The position numbers and the translations under genes were made by a program. DNA of 33,993 bases from a virus (lineage: Duplodnaviria; Caudoviricetes): the IMG/VR virus record IMGVR_UViG_3300020531_000011, positions 1 through 33,993 of that record; one strand, given 5' to 3'. A model generated the notes under the pieces. That model searched no databases. It worked only from the letters and a program-made list of their open reading frames with translations, and was not told where the DNA came from. How positions within the stretch are numbered: the stretch's first letter is position 1; each line of letters opens with the position of its first letter. Below, in pieces: positions 7,834-17,407 of the stretch.

Positions 7834-9813
7834 ATGGCAGAAACACAACCAAAATCCTTTCAACCTCTTAATAAAGATATAAGATATCTTAATAGAGATT
7901 TTGCGTCATTTAAAGCTGGGTTGATTGAGTTTTCAAAGAACTATTTTCCTAAAACTTACAAAGATTTTAGTGAAAGTTCACCAGGTACAATGTTTATTGA
8001 ACAAGCCTCATATGTAGGTGATGTATTATCATACTATATTGATTATCAGTTTAAAGAATCATTGATGCCATATTCTGAAGAACGTAAAAATGTAATTGCG
8101 TTGTCTAAATATCTTGGATACAAAACTACTCCAACTAAATCATCTATAACTGAGATTGAATTATTTCAATTGATTCCATCAAAGGTTGATGCTGATGGAA
8201 ATTATGTACCTGATGAAAAATATTGTTTGTCAATTAGAGAAAACATGGAGTTAATAAATAACTCTAATCAAAATTTTATTATAAGCGAACCAGTAGATTT
8301 TTCAGTTGATACTAGATTTTCTCCTAGAGAAGTTAGTGTGTACTCCAGAGATTCATTGGGAGTTCCACAATTTTTCTTGTTAAGAAAAACCGCTAAAGCA
8401 TTTGCCGGCAAGATTGTAACTAAGAATTTTACTGTTGGTGCTGCTACTCCATACTACAAGATTGTATTGGAAGAAAAAAATGTAGTCAACATAATTTCAG
8501 TTATTGATGAAGATAACAATAAATGGTATGAAGCTGACTATTTGGCACAAGATGTAATTTTTACTGATGTAGATAACTCTCAAGTTACTGATGAAAATTT
8601 CTACGTCTACAAAACAGAAGTATCAAAGATTATAAAATCATTGAAGACTTCAAGAAAGTATATAACTAGTATTACTGCGGATAATACAACTTACTTAGAA
8701 TTTGGTCCTGGTTTAGATAATTATTCTGATGAAATAGTTTATCCAAATGCTTCTATTGTTGGTATTGGATTATCAAATATAAGAAATACTGATATTTCAT
8801 TGGATGGAAGCAATTTCTTAAAAACAAATACATTTGGAGCTGCTCCGGCAAATACAGTTTTAACTATTAATTACATAATTGGAGGAGGGTCACTTTCAAA
8901 TTGTAATGCAAATGAAATTACTAGAATTAGTTCATATCAATTGTTGAATGATGCAACATCTTTAAATCCGAATGAACAAACATTATTTAATACAGTACAA
9001 CAAACTTTAAGAGTAAATAATTATACTGCTGCAGTTGGTGGTGCAGATGAAGAATCAGTAGATCAAATCAAACAAAATGCTATTTTGAATTTTACCACAC
9101 AAAATAGATCTGTAACTAAGGATGATTATTTGATTAGAACTTATGCAATGCCACCAAAATACGGTTCAATTGCTAAAGCTTATATAACATCTGACACAGA
9201 TTTGGTGTTGAATCTAAAAAATGATGTATCTGGATTTGTTGATTACAATAATAATACTACTGACACAAATAATTCAGTAGATAACTATTTTAGAAAAATC
9301 AATTATGATGTAACCAATCCATTTTCAGTTAATTTGTATGTTCTTGGATACAATGAAAATAAAAATCTAACACAAATTAATGAAGCTTTATTTTATAACA
9401 TAAAAGAGTATTTGAAAAAATATAGACTTTTAACTGACGGTGTGAATATTATTGACGGATATATTATTAATATTGGTGTAAATTTTAAAATTTTAACATA
9501 CAACAATTATAACAAAAAAGAAGTGTTAAATAATTGTATTACTAAAGTAAAAGACTTTTTTAACATTGACAAGTGGAGTTTTTCACAACCAATCAATTTG
9601 AGTCAATTGGAACTAGAAATTGCAAGAGTAGAAGGTGTACAATCTTTAACAAATGTTGAAATTGTAAACTTAACTGCTAAAGATGGTAACTATTCACCAC
9701 ATGAATATGATATTTTATCCGCAACAAAAAACAAAATAATATATCCATCATTAGATCCATGCGTTTTTGAAGTCAAATACCCTGACATAGATATCAAAGG
9801 AAACGTAGTATAA
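7834..9813 (+). CDS. Baseplate wedge subunit, T4 gp6 / baseplate J-like
   Basis: YLNRDFASFKAGL, DFSESSPG, SYVGDVLSYYID, GGADEESVDQIK, QNRSVTKDDY motifs; follows gp25. Confidence 0.9.
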   Translation: MAETQPKSFQPLNKDIRYLNRDFASFKAGLIEFSKNYFPKTYKDFSESSPGTMFIEQASYVGDVLSYYIDYQFKESLMPYSEERKNVIALSKYLGYKTTPTKSSITEIELFQLIPSKVDADGNYVPDEKYCLSIRENMELINNSNQNFIISEPVDFSVDTRFSPREVSVYSRDSLGVPQFFLLRKTAKAFAGKIVTKNFTVGAATPYYKIVLEEKNVVNIISVIDEDNNKWYEADYLAQDVIFTDVDNSQVTDENFYVYKTEVSKIIKSLKTSRKYITSITADNTTYLEFGPGLDNYSDEIVYPNASIVGIGLSNIRNTDISLDGSNFLKTNTFGAAPANTVLTINYIIGGGSLSNCNANEITRISSYQLLNDATSLNPNEQTLFNTVQQTLRVNNYTAAVGGADEESVDQIKQNAILNFTTQNRSVTKDDYLIRTYAMPPKYGSIAKAYITSDTDLVLNLKNDVSGFVDYNNNTTDTNNSVDNYFRKINYDVTNPFSVNLYVLGYNENKNLTQINEALFYNIKEYLKKYRLLTDGVNIIDGYIINIGVNFKILTYNNYNKKEVLNNCITKVKDFFNIDKWSFSQPINLSQLELEIARVEGVQSLTNVEIVNLTAKDGNYSPHEYDILSATKNKIIYPSLDPCVFEVKYPDIDIKGNVV

Positions 9814-9814
9814 T

Positions 9815-11008
9815 ATGCATACATTTTTATATCCACAAAAAGATACGTACATAACCAATAAAGTAGGGTACGCTGACAGAAATTTTGGTATTGATGAAAT
9901 TTTGGAGTTAAAGGCACATCCAACAACAACCACTACTATAGTACAATATTCATCATCTTCAATTAGTCAATCTGCGGATTATAGTAGAATTTTAATTAAA
10001 TTTGATGTTACTGAAATTTCTAAATCCCTCTCAAATGGTTCAATAACCAGTGATGTTACGTTTAAATTAAAACTAAAAACCACCCAAGCCAGTGAATTAC
10101 CTGTTAATTATACAGTTTACGGATACCCTATCAGTCAAAGTTGGAATATGGGAATTGGTAGATATTCCACAGGAGGTGATTTAGTTGGCACAAGTTGGAA
10201 TTATACTAATTATGCAAATGGTAGCGGATCTTTTTGGTATGTTAGTGGATCAACAATCACAACAGGTACATCTGCATCTATAAGTCAAGGTGGTACATGG
10301 TATAATTCGGTTCCATCAACTTATCAATATAAGTCCTCATCATTTTGTACATCATCATTTAGTGGAAGCTCACTCATATGTTCACAATCATATGATTATA
10401 CAACATCTGATATCAATATGGATATTACTAGTATTGTTAAAGGATGGATTTGTGGATGTGTACCAAATGAAGGTATAATTTTAGTAAGTTCATTAGAATC
10501 TAGTACAGTAGATGGAGTTGATAGTACAGTTAAATTCTTTAGTAAAGAAACAAATACAATTTATCAACCTTATATTGATATTTCTTGGAATGATAGTGTG
10601 TACACAACAGGAAGTATGGTTCCTTTAACTGGAATTATACCATATACAGTTGTAATACAAAATCTATCAAAAGAATATAAGTTTGGAAACATTCCAAGAA
10701 TTAATGTATTTGCTAGAGAAAAATATCCATTGAAGAATTTTATAAAGGGATATCAACAAATTAGTTATTTGAGCTCAAGTTTGTTGCCATCTGCATCTTA
10801 TTATTGTATCAAAGATAATGAAAGTGAAAACATTGTAATTGATTTTGATGATAATACAAAACTAAGTTCTGACGGTAACATTCATTACTTTAAAATAGAC
10901 ACAACTGGTTTGCCTGTTGAAAGATTTTATAGAATTTTAATTAAAACAACATTTAATAATCAAACTGATATATTTGATAATGGTAATATATTTAAAATAA
11001 CAAGATAA
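9815..11008 (+). CDS. Virion structural protein with DNRLRE-like beta-sandwich domain
   Basis: KDTYI…NFG…ILEL…SRILIKFD…W…N(E)GIIL…F.SKE…P pattern; inside baseplate operon. Confidence 0.55.
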   Translation: MHTFLYPQKDTYITNKVGYADRNFGIDEILELKAHPTTTTTIVQYSSSSISQSADYSRILIKFDVTEISKSLSNGSITSDVTFKLKLKTTQASELPVNYTVYGYPISQSWNMGIGRYSTGGDLVGTSWNYTNYANGSGSFWYVSGSTITTGTSASISQGGTWYNSVPSTYQYKSSSFCTSSFSGSSLICSQSYDYTTSDINMDITSIVKGWICGCVPNEGIILVSSLESSTVDGVDSTVKFFSKETNTIYQPYIDISWNDSVYTTGSMVPLTGIIPYTVVIQNLSKEYKFGNIPRINVFAREKYPLKNFIKGYQQISYLSSSLLPSASYYCIKDNESENIVIDFDDNTKLSSDGNIHYFKIDTTGLPVERFYRILIKTTFNNQTDIFDNGNIFKITR

Positions 11009-11010
11009 TT

Positions 11011-11415
11011 ATGTCATACCAAAAAGAAATTGAGGATTATGTTAACAATGGCACCTATGATTATAAAGTTGATTCTTTTGGAAACTTTACAATTGATGCC
11101 AATAATCCTAGTTTTAACTCTGAGTACATTTCTTTTACATTGAATGATTTTGTTTATGATTCTAAGAAAATTGAACAATTGAATCAAGTTACGTTTCAAG
11201 AGTTTATACCTACAGTACAATCTAATACGGTCATTGATATTAATATGAATGATATATTTAATCAACCTGCAGATACTGATCCTACAACTAATAAACTAAC
11301 AATTACTGCTGAAAATGCAGATGAAATTCAATATATTATACAAAAGTTACAATCTGAAAGAGATGACGCAAACAAGAAATTAAATGATATAATTTCAAGA
11401 CTTGAACCACAATGA
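11011..11415 (+). CDS. Hypothetical baseplate-region protein with C-terminal coiled coil
   Basis: 134 aa, ATGA overlap with next gene. Confidence 0.75.
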   Translation: MSYQKEIEDYVNNGTYDYKVDSFGNFTIDANNPSFNSEYISFTLNDFVYDSKKIEQLNQVTFQEFIPTVQSNTVIDINMNDIFNQPADTDPTTNKLTITAENADEIQYIIQKLQSERDDANKKLNDIISRLEPQ

Positions 11416-14400
11416 ATTTTCCATATCCAACAGTAACAAATTTTACATCAAGTGTTAACACTGCTTATTATTTTAATGATACGGATGTTAGTGTATATAA
11501 CGTAAACACAAACATAAGTGAAAGTTTCTTTGGTAAATCAGAGAAAGACGTAGTAGAATTTTCTTATTATAATTTAAGTGGGGTACAAAATGGATGGACA
11601 TATAAACAACCAAAAATTATTTACATATCAGATGTAGGAAGTTATACTGACGTTGATTATAAAAAAGTAAATTACTCATACAGAAAAACAAAGACTGATT
11701 ATATCAATTACAAAAATAACTTTTTGATTGATATTCAATCTGATTTTTCTTCATCTAATATATTTGACGGTCAACACGTTGCATCTTACAATTTTCTAAG
11801 AAACGTTGCAGGTAATCAATCATTTCCATTAATCATTTCTGAAATTTCTCCATCAAGAACTGAATTAAAATTGGTGCCTGCTTTCAATAAAGTACCAAAA
11901 ACAGATGAAGAGCTATATCAAAATTTGTACTATGAATCATTTATTAGAAAATTAGTATTGGTAAATGATATCACTGATACATTAAATTCACAATTGTTTA
12001 ATTATAACTGTGATTTTACATACAAATCTACGTTACAAACTTCTCCAGAATCAGTAAATACATTCAAAAAATCATTTGGTTTTAAGAGTGATCAAGATGC
12101 AATAACTTTTATAAATAACGTTTATAACGGCGTTGATTCTTCTACAATTGAATTGTTTAATAAAATTACATTCAAGAATTTATTTGGTGTTAAGAACTTT
12201 ATAAAGTACTGGTTATACACATACTCAAAGAACATAATTACATTTGATGATTTATATGTACAACTCAAGTATATTGTACAAAAGGAATATGTAAACCAGT
12301 TAAACGTTATCAATTTCTTCAACGTTGATCTTACAGATGCAATAAATTTAATCACAACAATTGTTTGGGAACAATTTGTACAAGTTGAAATCAAGAAATT
12401 AGAATTTAATTTTACTAACAAATTTTATTCTTATTATAAGAACGGAATAAATTTTGGTAACGGTGTAATTCTTAAATTTATAGATCATTCATATGATTCA
12501 AGCAATGAATCAACTGATGTACACGCAACATTGTTAGTGAAATTAGATGCGCCACTATCATTTAATTATAGTACAAAGTCAATATGTTGGATATCAAATA
12601 TTAGTATTACGCCATTTGTACAAAATGTAATTCTAATAAAAGAAACAGTATCTAAAAATTATAAGATTTCCGGCCCTAATTTTTCAATCAAGATTATAAA
12701 TTCAAATCAAAATACGATTGATAACGTTTCTTCTTTAGATCCAGATTTAAGTGCAGATACTCAAACAGAAATTAACATCAATAAAAAATTAGCAACATTA
12801 GATGTTGATTATTCTGATTTTTCAAACTTTGTATTATTTTCATCCGCTGCTCTAAGAATAAAGATTTTCAAGAATAAATTAAATAGACTTGATACGTTAG
12901 ATAATACATTAGAAACAATTACATCCGCATCTAATTCTAGTACAACTGTTTTAAGCGCATCATATGCAACTGAATACAACACATATACTGCGGAAAGTTT
13001 ATCAATCAAAAATGGATTTGATGGGTTTGAATGTTACTTATATAGAAGTCAAAGTTTGGTTTCAGGCAGTATATCAGATACCAATTCCAATTATTATACT
13101 TATGTTTATGATGCTGAAGAATATGATATAAACAATAGGGACAGTCTAGTAAATAATACTCCAGAATATATCAAGATGGATGAAAATAACAATGATTATT
13201 TGGTATTTTTGTCAATGGTTGGACATCATTTTGATAATATCTATCAATACATCAAGTCATTTCCAATTTTAAATTCAAAGGATACAAATTCAGGAGACAG
13301 TTACTTGCCTGATATCATTTATTATCTATTAAATTCATTTGGTTGGAATACTTCCACTGATTTTGCTAATAAGAGTTTGGTAACAAATTATCTTAATAGT
13401 GCAAATTCAGGTTCTCAATCAATTTCTGCCAAAGATAAAAATGAAATGATATGGAAACGTGTTCTTGATACACTTCCATACATTTATAAAACAAAAGGCA
13501 CAACTGAATGTATAAACTTGTTAATGTCTTGTTATGGCATTCCGTTGAATATTTTAAGTATCAGAGAATTTGGCGGTAGTAAGATTGAAAATTCTAAAGC
13601 ATCAAGTTATTTGTATGATGAAAAATATTTCTTCACCAAATATAGTTCAAATAATGAATATTTACAATTACCATATACTGGTTCTGCCAAGTCTTTACAA
13701 TTTACATTTAAACTAAATAAACAATACAATCAAAATGATGTTGTAAATTTAGCAAAAAAAGATTCAGATTGGTCAATCTATCTAAAAAAATCAATAAAAT
13801 CTGATTACGGTGATGTTTACTTTACATTTTTGGATAAGACTATACATATCCAAGACGTACCTGTATTCAATACTGATAGATTTTATAATGTAATGTTAAG
13901 AAGAAATAATACTTCTTCATTTTTTGACACATCATCAAATGAAAACTATCTTCCTACCAAATATGATCTGTATGTAAATTCATATGTAGATGATAGAGAA
14001 TCATTCTCACATTCTTCTAGTATTTTCTTAACAAAAACATATAATGAAGCATTTTATAATGATGGATCTTTATATTTTGGAAATTATCCTAGTTCAACTA
14101 ATAAATTTACTGGATTACTTGATAAAATATTATTAGTTAAAAATAGTTTGACTGAGTATGATTTTACTCAATATAGTAAAAATTACGGATACTATGGTAA
14201 TAATCAAAGTGAAAATACTTGGGATGATTTAATGTTTAGATATAACTTTGATTATCCAGTTGATTTACGCACAACAACTTCAATTGAACCATATTTTCCA
14301 GAGGATAAAATAAAACAAGTTGGTTATACTGCTTCCGCATATAATTTCACCTATAACAACATAACACAATCAAATTCATGCACATACTATTCACAATCAG

Positions 14401-15656
14401 TATTTCCATATCAATTTGAAGAAGTTGATGTTGTACAAGCATCTATAATTCCACAATATGGACCAAATAAGTACAATAATGAAAAGGTTAGAAAAGTAGA
14501 ACAAACATTATTGACTCAACCATCTCCAATTCAAAGTGTAGCAAAAAATTTGAGTCAATTAACTCCTGATTCTAATTTATTGGGTGTATTTATTTCTCCA
14601 TTCAAAGTAAAAGATGATGATATAATTGATTTTCTAGGTGATTATGACATTGTTAATGATATTGCTGATCCTGGTTATCTATATGAATCAAGTTATAAGA
14701 GTTTACAAACTTTATCAGAGACTTATTACACATATAGGGGAGAAACAGTATTGTATCAAGAATTCATGACAGTATTTAGAAGTTATTTTGATGTTTCTGT
14801 ATTTGATGTAATTAATAACGTCATACCAGCAAGAGTTAAATTGTTGACCGGTGTACTAATTGAACCATCAATTCTTGAAAGACCAAAGTTTCAATCTAAA
14901 CCAATTGTGAGAGAAGTAGTTCCTCCAATAGATGTAACCATAGAAAAAAATCCATCTCCAATCAAAATTGAATTACAAACTTCTGATAAATATGAATCCA
15001 CAATAACATGTGCGGAAAAAGTTGGATTCTCAAGACCATCTAATTTAAACAAAGGATATATTCCTGATACATTGGATGATTATTATCTATTTGTTTATAA
15101 TCAAGGTGGATATAAATACTTTGATTCAAGAAATTTATCAACGTCTTATTTATATAAAGTAACTGATAATCAAGATGTATATACTGACAACGGTAATACT
15201 GGACCTGTTTCTTATCCAATAAACAAAATTATTTCAGTTCCTGATGGAATGTCATATAATGCCAATAATTTGTATGGTGACCCGTACATAACCAATGTAT
15301 CATCTTCTATTGATATATACAATTTATTGCCTGTTCAACATCTATCATATAAAAACAAACCGTTGTCTAAGTTTTCAGTTTATTTAACATCTTCATTGGA
15401 AAGAGTTAATTTATTCTATCCTCCAAACGGTGAATTTAGAACCAATAATTATGGTACTCAGATAACATTTTCAATAACAAACACCAATCTTGGATTATCT
15501 AATTTTGATGAAGGTAGTATTTATGTAAAGTCAAGAAATACTAATACTACTACAATACTAAGTCCATATGAAATCACAGGATCTGGTATTGTAAATGATT
15601 ATAATCCAGTGTTAACTCAAAGTTTAAGTTTGAGTCAAAGTGTTTTTGTTATATAA
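11412..15656 (+). CDS. Large baseplate wedge protein (gp7 / P2 gpI-like core plus LamG-like domain)
   Basis: LPYIYKTKGTTECINLLMSCYG matches gpI/gp7 KGT motif; YNVMLRR…LYFG…FTGLLDKILL is LamG-like; VIPARVKL matches the gpI-type PA motif. Confidence 0.65.
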   Translation: MNFPYPTVTNFTSSVNTAYYFNDTDVSVYNVNTNISESFFGKSEKDVVEFSYYNLSGVQNGWTYKQPKIIYISDVGSYTDVDYKKVNYSYRKTKTDYINYKNNFLIDIQSDFSSSNIFDGQHVASYNFLRNVAGNQSFPLIISEISPSRTELKLVPAFNKVPKTDEELYQNLYYESFIRKLVLVNDITDTLNSQLFNYNCDFTYKSTLQTSPESVNTFKKSFGFKSDQDAITFINNVYNGVDSSTIELFNKITFKNLFGVKNFIKYWLYTYSKNIITFDDLYVQLKYIVQKEYVNQLNVINFFNVDLTDAINLITTIVWEQFVQVEIKKLEFNFTNKFYSYYKNGINFGNGVILKFIDHSYDSSNESTDVHATLLVKLDAPLSFNYSTKSICWISNISITPFVQNVILIKETVSKNYKISGPNFSIKIINSNQNTIDNVSSLDPDLSADTQTEININKKLATLDVDYSDFSNFVLFSSAALRIKIFKNKLNRLDTLDNTLETITSASNSSTTVLSASYATEYNTYTAESLSIKNGFDGFECYLYRSQSLVSGSISDTNSNYYTYVYDAEEYDINNRDSLVNNTPEYIKMDENNNDYLVFLSMVGHHFDNIYQYIKSFPILNSKDTNSGDSYLPDIIYYLLNSFGWNTSTDFANKSLVTNYLNSANSGSQSISAKDKNEMIWKRVLDTLPYIYKTKGTTECINLLMSCYGIPLNILSIREFGGSKIENSKASSYLYDEKYFFTKYSSNNEYLQLPYTGSAKSLQFTFKLNKQYNQNDVVNLAKKDSDWSIYLKKSIKSDYGDVYFTFLDKTIHIQDVPVFNTDRFYNVMLRRNNTSSFFDTSSNENYLPTKYDLYVNSYVDDRESFSHSSSIFLTKTYNEAFYNDGSLYFGNYPSSTNKFTGLLDKILLVKNSLTEYDFTQYSKNYGYYGNNQSENTWDDLMFRYNFDYPVDLRTTTSIEPYFPEDKIKQVGYTASAYNFTYNNITQSNSCTYYSQSVFPYQFEEVDVVQASIIPQYGPNKYNNEKVRKVEQTLLTQPSPIQSVAKNLSQLTPDSNLLGVFISPFKVKDDDIIDFLGDYDIVNDIADPGYLYESSYKSLQTLSETYYTYRGETVLYQEFMTVFRSYFDVSVFDVINNVIPARVKLLTGVLIEPSILERPKFQSKPIVREVVPPIDVTIEKNPSPIKIELQTSDKYESTITCAEKVGFSRPSNLNKGYIPDTLDDYYLFVYNQGGYKYFDSRNLSTSYLYKVTDNQDVYTDNGNTGPVSYPINKIISVPDGMSYNANNLYGDPYITNVSSSIDIYNLLPVQHLSYKNKPLSKFSVYLTSSLERVNLFYPPNGEFRTNNYGTQITFSITNTNLGLSNFDEGSIYVKSRNTNTTTILSPYEITGSGIVNDYNPVLTQSLSLSQSVFVI

Positions 15657-15682
15657 AATAATAAGAAATCTTAATTTTAAAC

Positions 15683-15690
15683 TATTTATA
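15683..15690 (+). promoter_or_regulatory. TATTTATA motif
   Basis: Intergenic, 4 nt before ATG 15695. Confidence 0.6.
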
Positions 15691-15694
15691 GAAT

Positions 15695-16321
15695 ATGGCA
15701 TATTTAGACAATAAAACAATCATTGTAGATGCTACTCTAACCAAAAAAGGAAGAGAATTGTTGGCTACAAATGGAAATTTGAACATTACCGCATTTGCAT
15801 TAGCGGATGATGAAATTGATTACGGATTATATCAACCAAATCACCCTCAAGGTACAGCTTATAATGACTTTGCATTAAGAAATACACCAATTTTTGAAGC
15901 TTTCTTTGATGAAACACAATTGATGAAATATAAATTGGTAACTCTAAATCAAGGTGTAACCGTAATTCCAATTATTTCTCTAAATATTGATAAGATTTCT
16001 GTGCCATCTACTTATACTGGTGACTTATCTATCTCACCATCAACCAATCCAACATATAATCAAACACTTGGTTATACTGCAATACTAGCAAATAAGAATG
16101 TTGGTACCTTGGTTGCAGTAGAAACGGTAACATCCAATACTTTATCAAGTACAGTTACTACTTTTGCTGGAGTTTCTGCTGAAACATCACAAGTTGTAGT
16201 TGGATTAAAATTTAAGTTTATACCAAATACTGGTGTAGGTACAACAACAACCACAAACTTGACTATTATTGGAAATGAAAGCGGTGGAAGTATTACAATA
16301 CCTGTAACCGTAACTGTATAA
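15695..16321 (+). CDS. Baseplate/tail-fibre attachment protein (DUF3751/tail-collar N-terminal-like)
   Basis: LTKKGRELLA…ITAFALADDEIDY resembles the LTxxGxxxxA…ITxxxxGD start of P2 gpH-type attachment domains; Ig-like C-terminus. Confidence 0.6.
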   Translation: MAYLDNKTIIVDATLTKKGRELLATNGNLNITAFALADDEIDYGLYQPNHPQGTAYNDFALRNTPIFEAFFDETQLMKYKLVTLNQGVTVIPIISLNIDKISVPSTYTGDLSISPSTNPTYNQTLGYTAILANKNVGTLVAVETVTSNTLSSTVTTFAGVSAETSQVVVGLKFKFIPNTGVGTTTTTNLTIIGNESGGSITIPVTVTV

Positions 16322-16333
16322 CCTTTTTGAAAT

Positions 16334-17404
16334 ATGATATTTAAAAAATTTGATTCAACAGATATAGTTGTAGGAAGAGTAAATCAAGTGTCATCACCAA
16401 TGTGGACATCAGGTGATATTGCTGCTTTGCAATCTGCATTTTATACTTCACCATCACAAACTGTTGCAACAGGCTCAGGTATATTCAATGTTTACAATGG
16501 ATTGTATTATAACAATGTGTATTATTCAGGTGAACCATTTTTTGCAGTTGCTTATGGAAATTATTATGGATCTGGAAGTTCTCAAACTGATATTGACACT
16601 TCAAAGATTTATCCAACAAAAGCAATTTATAGTGAATATGCAAATGTTTTATTGCCATCCACACAAAAAATATTTACATTTGCAACCGCATCTATTGTAA
16701 CTGCAAACTCAACCACAACAATTACAGGTTCAAGCATTTATGCAATATCTTTTACTGTAAACAAATATAAAGATAAATTGGATGAAGGTCAACTTGAATT
16801 TAGCTTAAGTGGATCAAATGGACAATTTACATTTATTGATGATTCATCAGTAACAGGCAAAATTGCTGATTCTTACAATCTTATCTCTGGCAGTATTGTC
16901 AACGGAATTCCTACACCATTCACAAACGGTGGAACAGTAACTGCTGTATATTATGGTATTGGTACATTGTATCCAAAAACAGGCACAATTATACTAAATT
17001 CATCAAAAATCAGTGCATTAACAGGTATTACTGATTTTACTGGTACAAATCCTACATCATATGGTTTATATCAAAAGAATTTGATTGATGGGATAACAAA
17101 ATGTGCCACAAAATATTTCAAGGCAAGAAAATCAGAATTTTTACCTTCTAAACATTACTTTGTAAGAGTTAAAAATCAAGAATTTAATTACTCAAACAAT
17201 CCATCATTTGTTTCAGATGGTACAGACGGAAAACAAGCAGGTACTATAAGATTCAATCAATTCTTTACAAATCCACAAAGTTATATAACCACTGTTGGTT
17301 TGTATAATGATTCAAATGAATTGGTTGCTGTTGCAAAAGTAAGTCAACCTGTGATGAAGAGTTTTGATAATGAATCTCTCATTAAGGTAAGATTGGATTT
17401 CTAA
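16334..17404 (+). CDS. Baseplate-associated structural protein (YITTVGLY family)
   Basis: C-terminal EFNYSNNPS…YITTVGLYNDSNELVAVAK resembles the EIGLY…LIA end of fibre-attachment domains; paralogous to 17408/20669. Confidence 0.65.
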   Translation: MIFKKFDSTDIVVGRVNQVSSPMWTSGDIAALQSAFYTSPSQTVATGSGIFNVYNGLYYNNVYYSGEPFFAVAYGNYYGSGSSQTDIDTSKIYPTKAIYSEYANVLLPSTQKIFTFATASIVTANSTTTITGSSIYAISFTVNKYKDKLDEGQLEFSLSGSNGQFTFIDDSSVTGKIADSYNLISGSIVNGIPTPFTNGGTVTAVYYGIGTLYPKTGTIILNSSKISALTGITDFTGTNPTSYGLYQKNLIDGITKCATKYFKARKSEFLPSKHYFVRVKNQEFNYSNNPSFVSDGTDGKQAGTIRFNQFFTNPQSYITTVGLYNDSNELVAVAKVSQPVMKSFDNESLIKVRLDF

Positions 17405-17407
17405 AAA

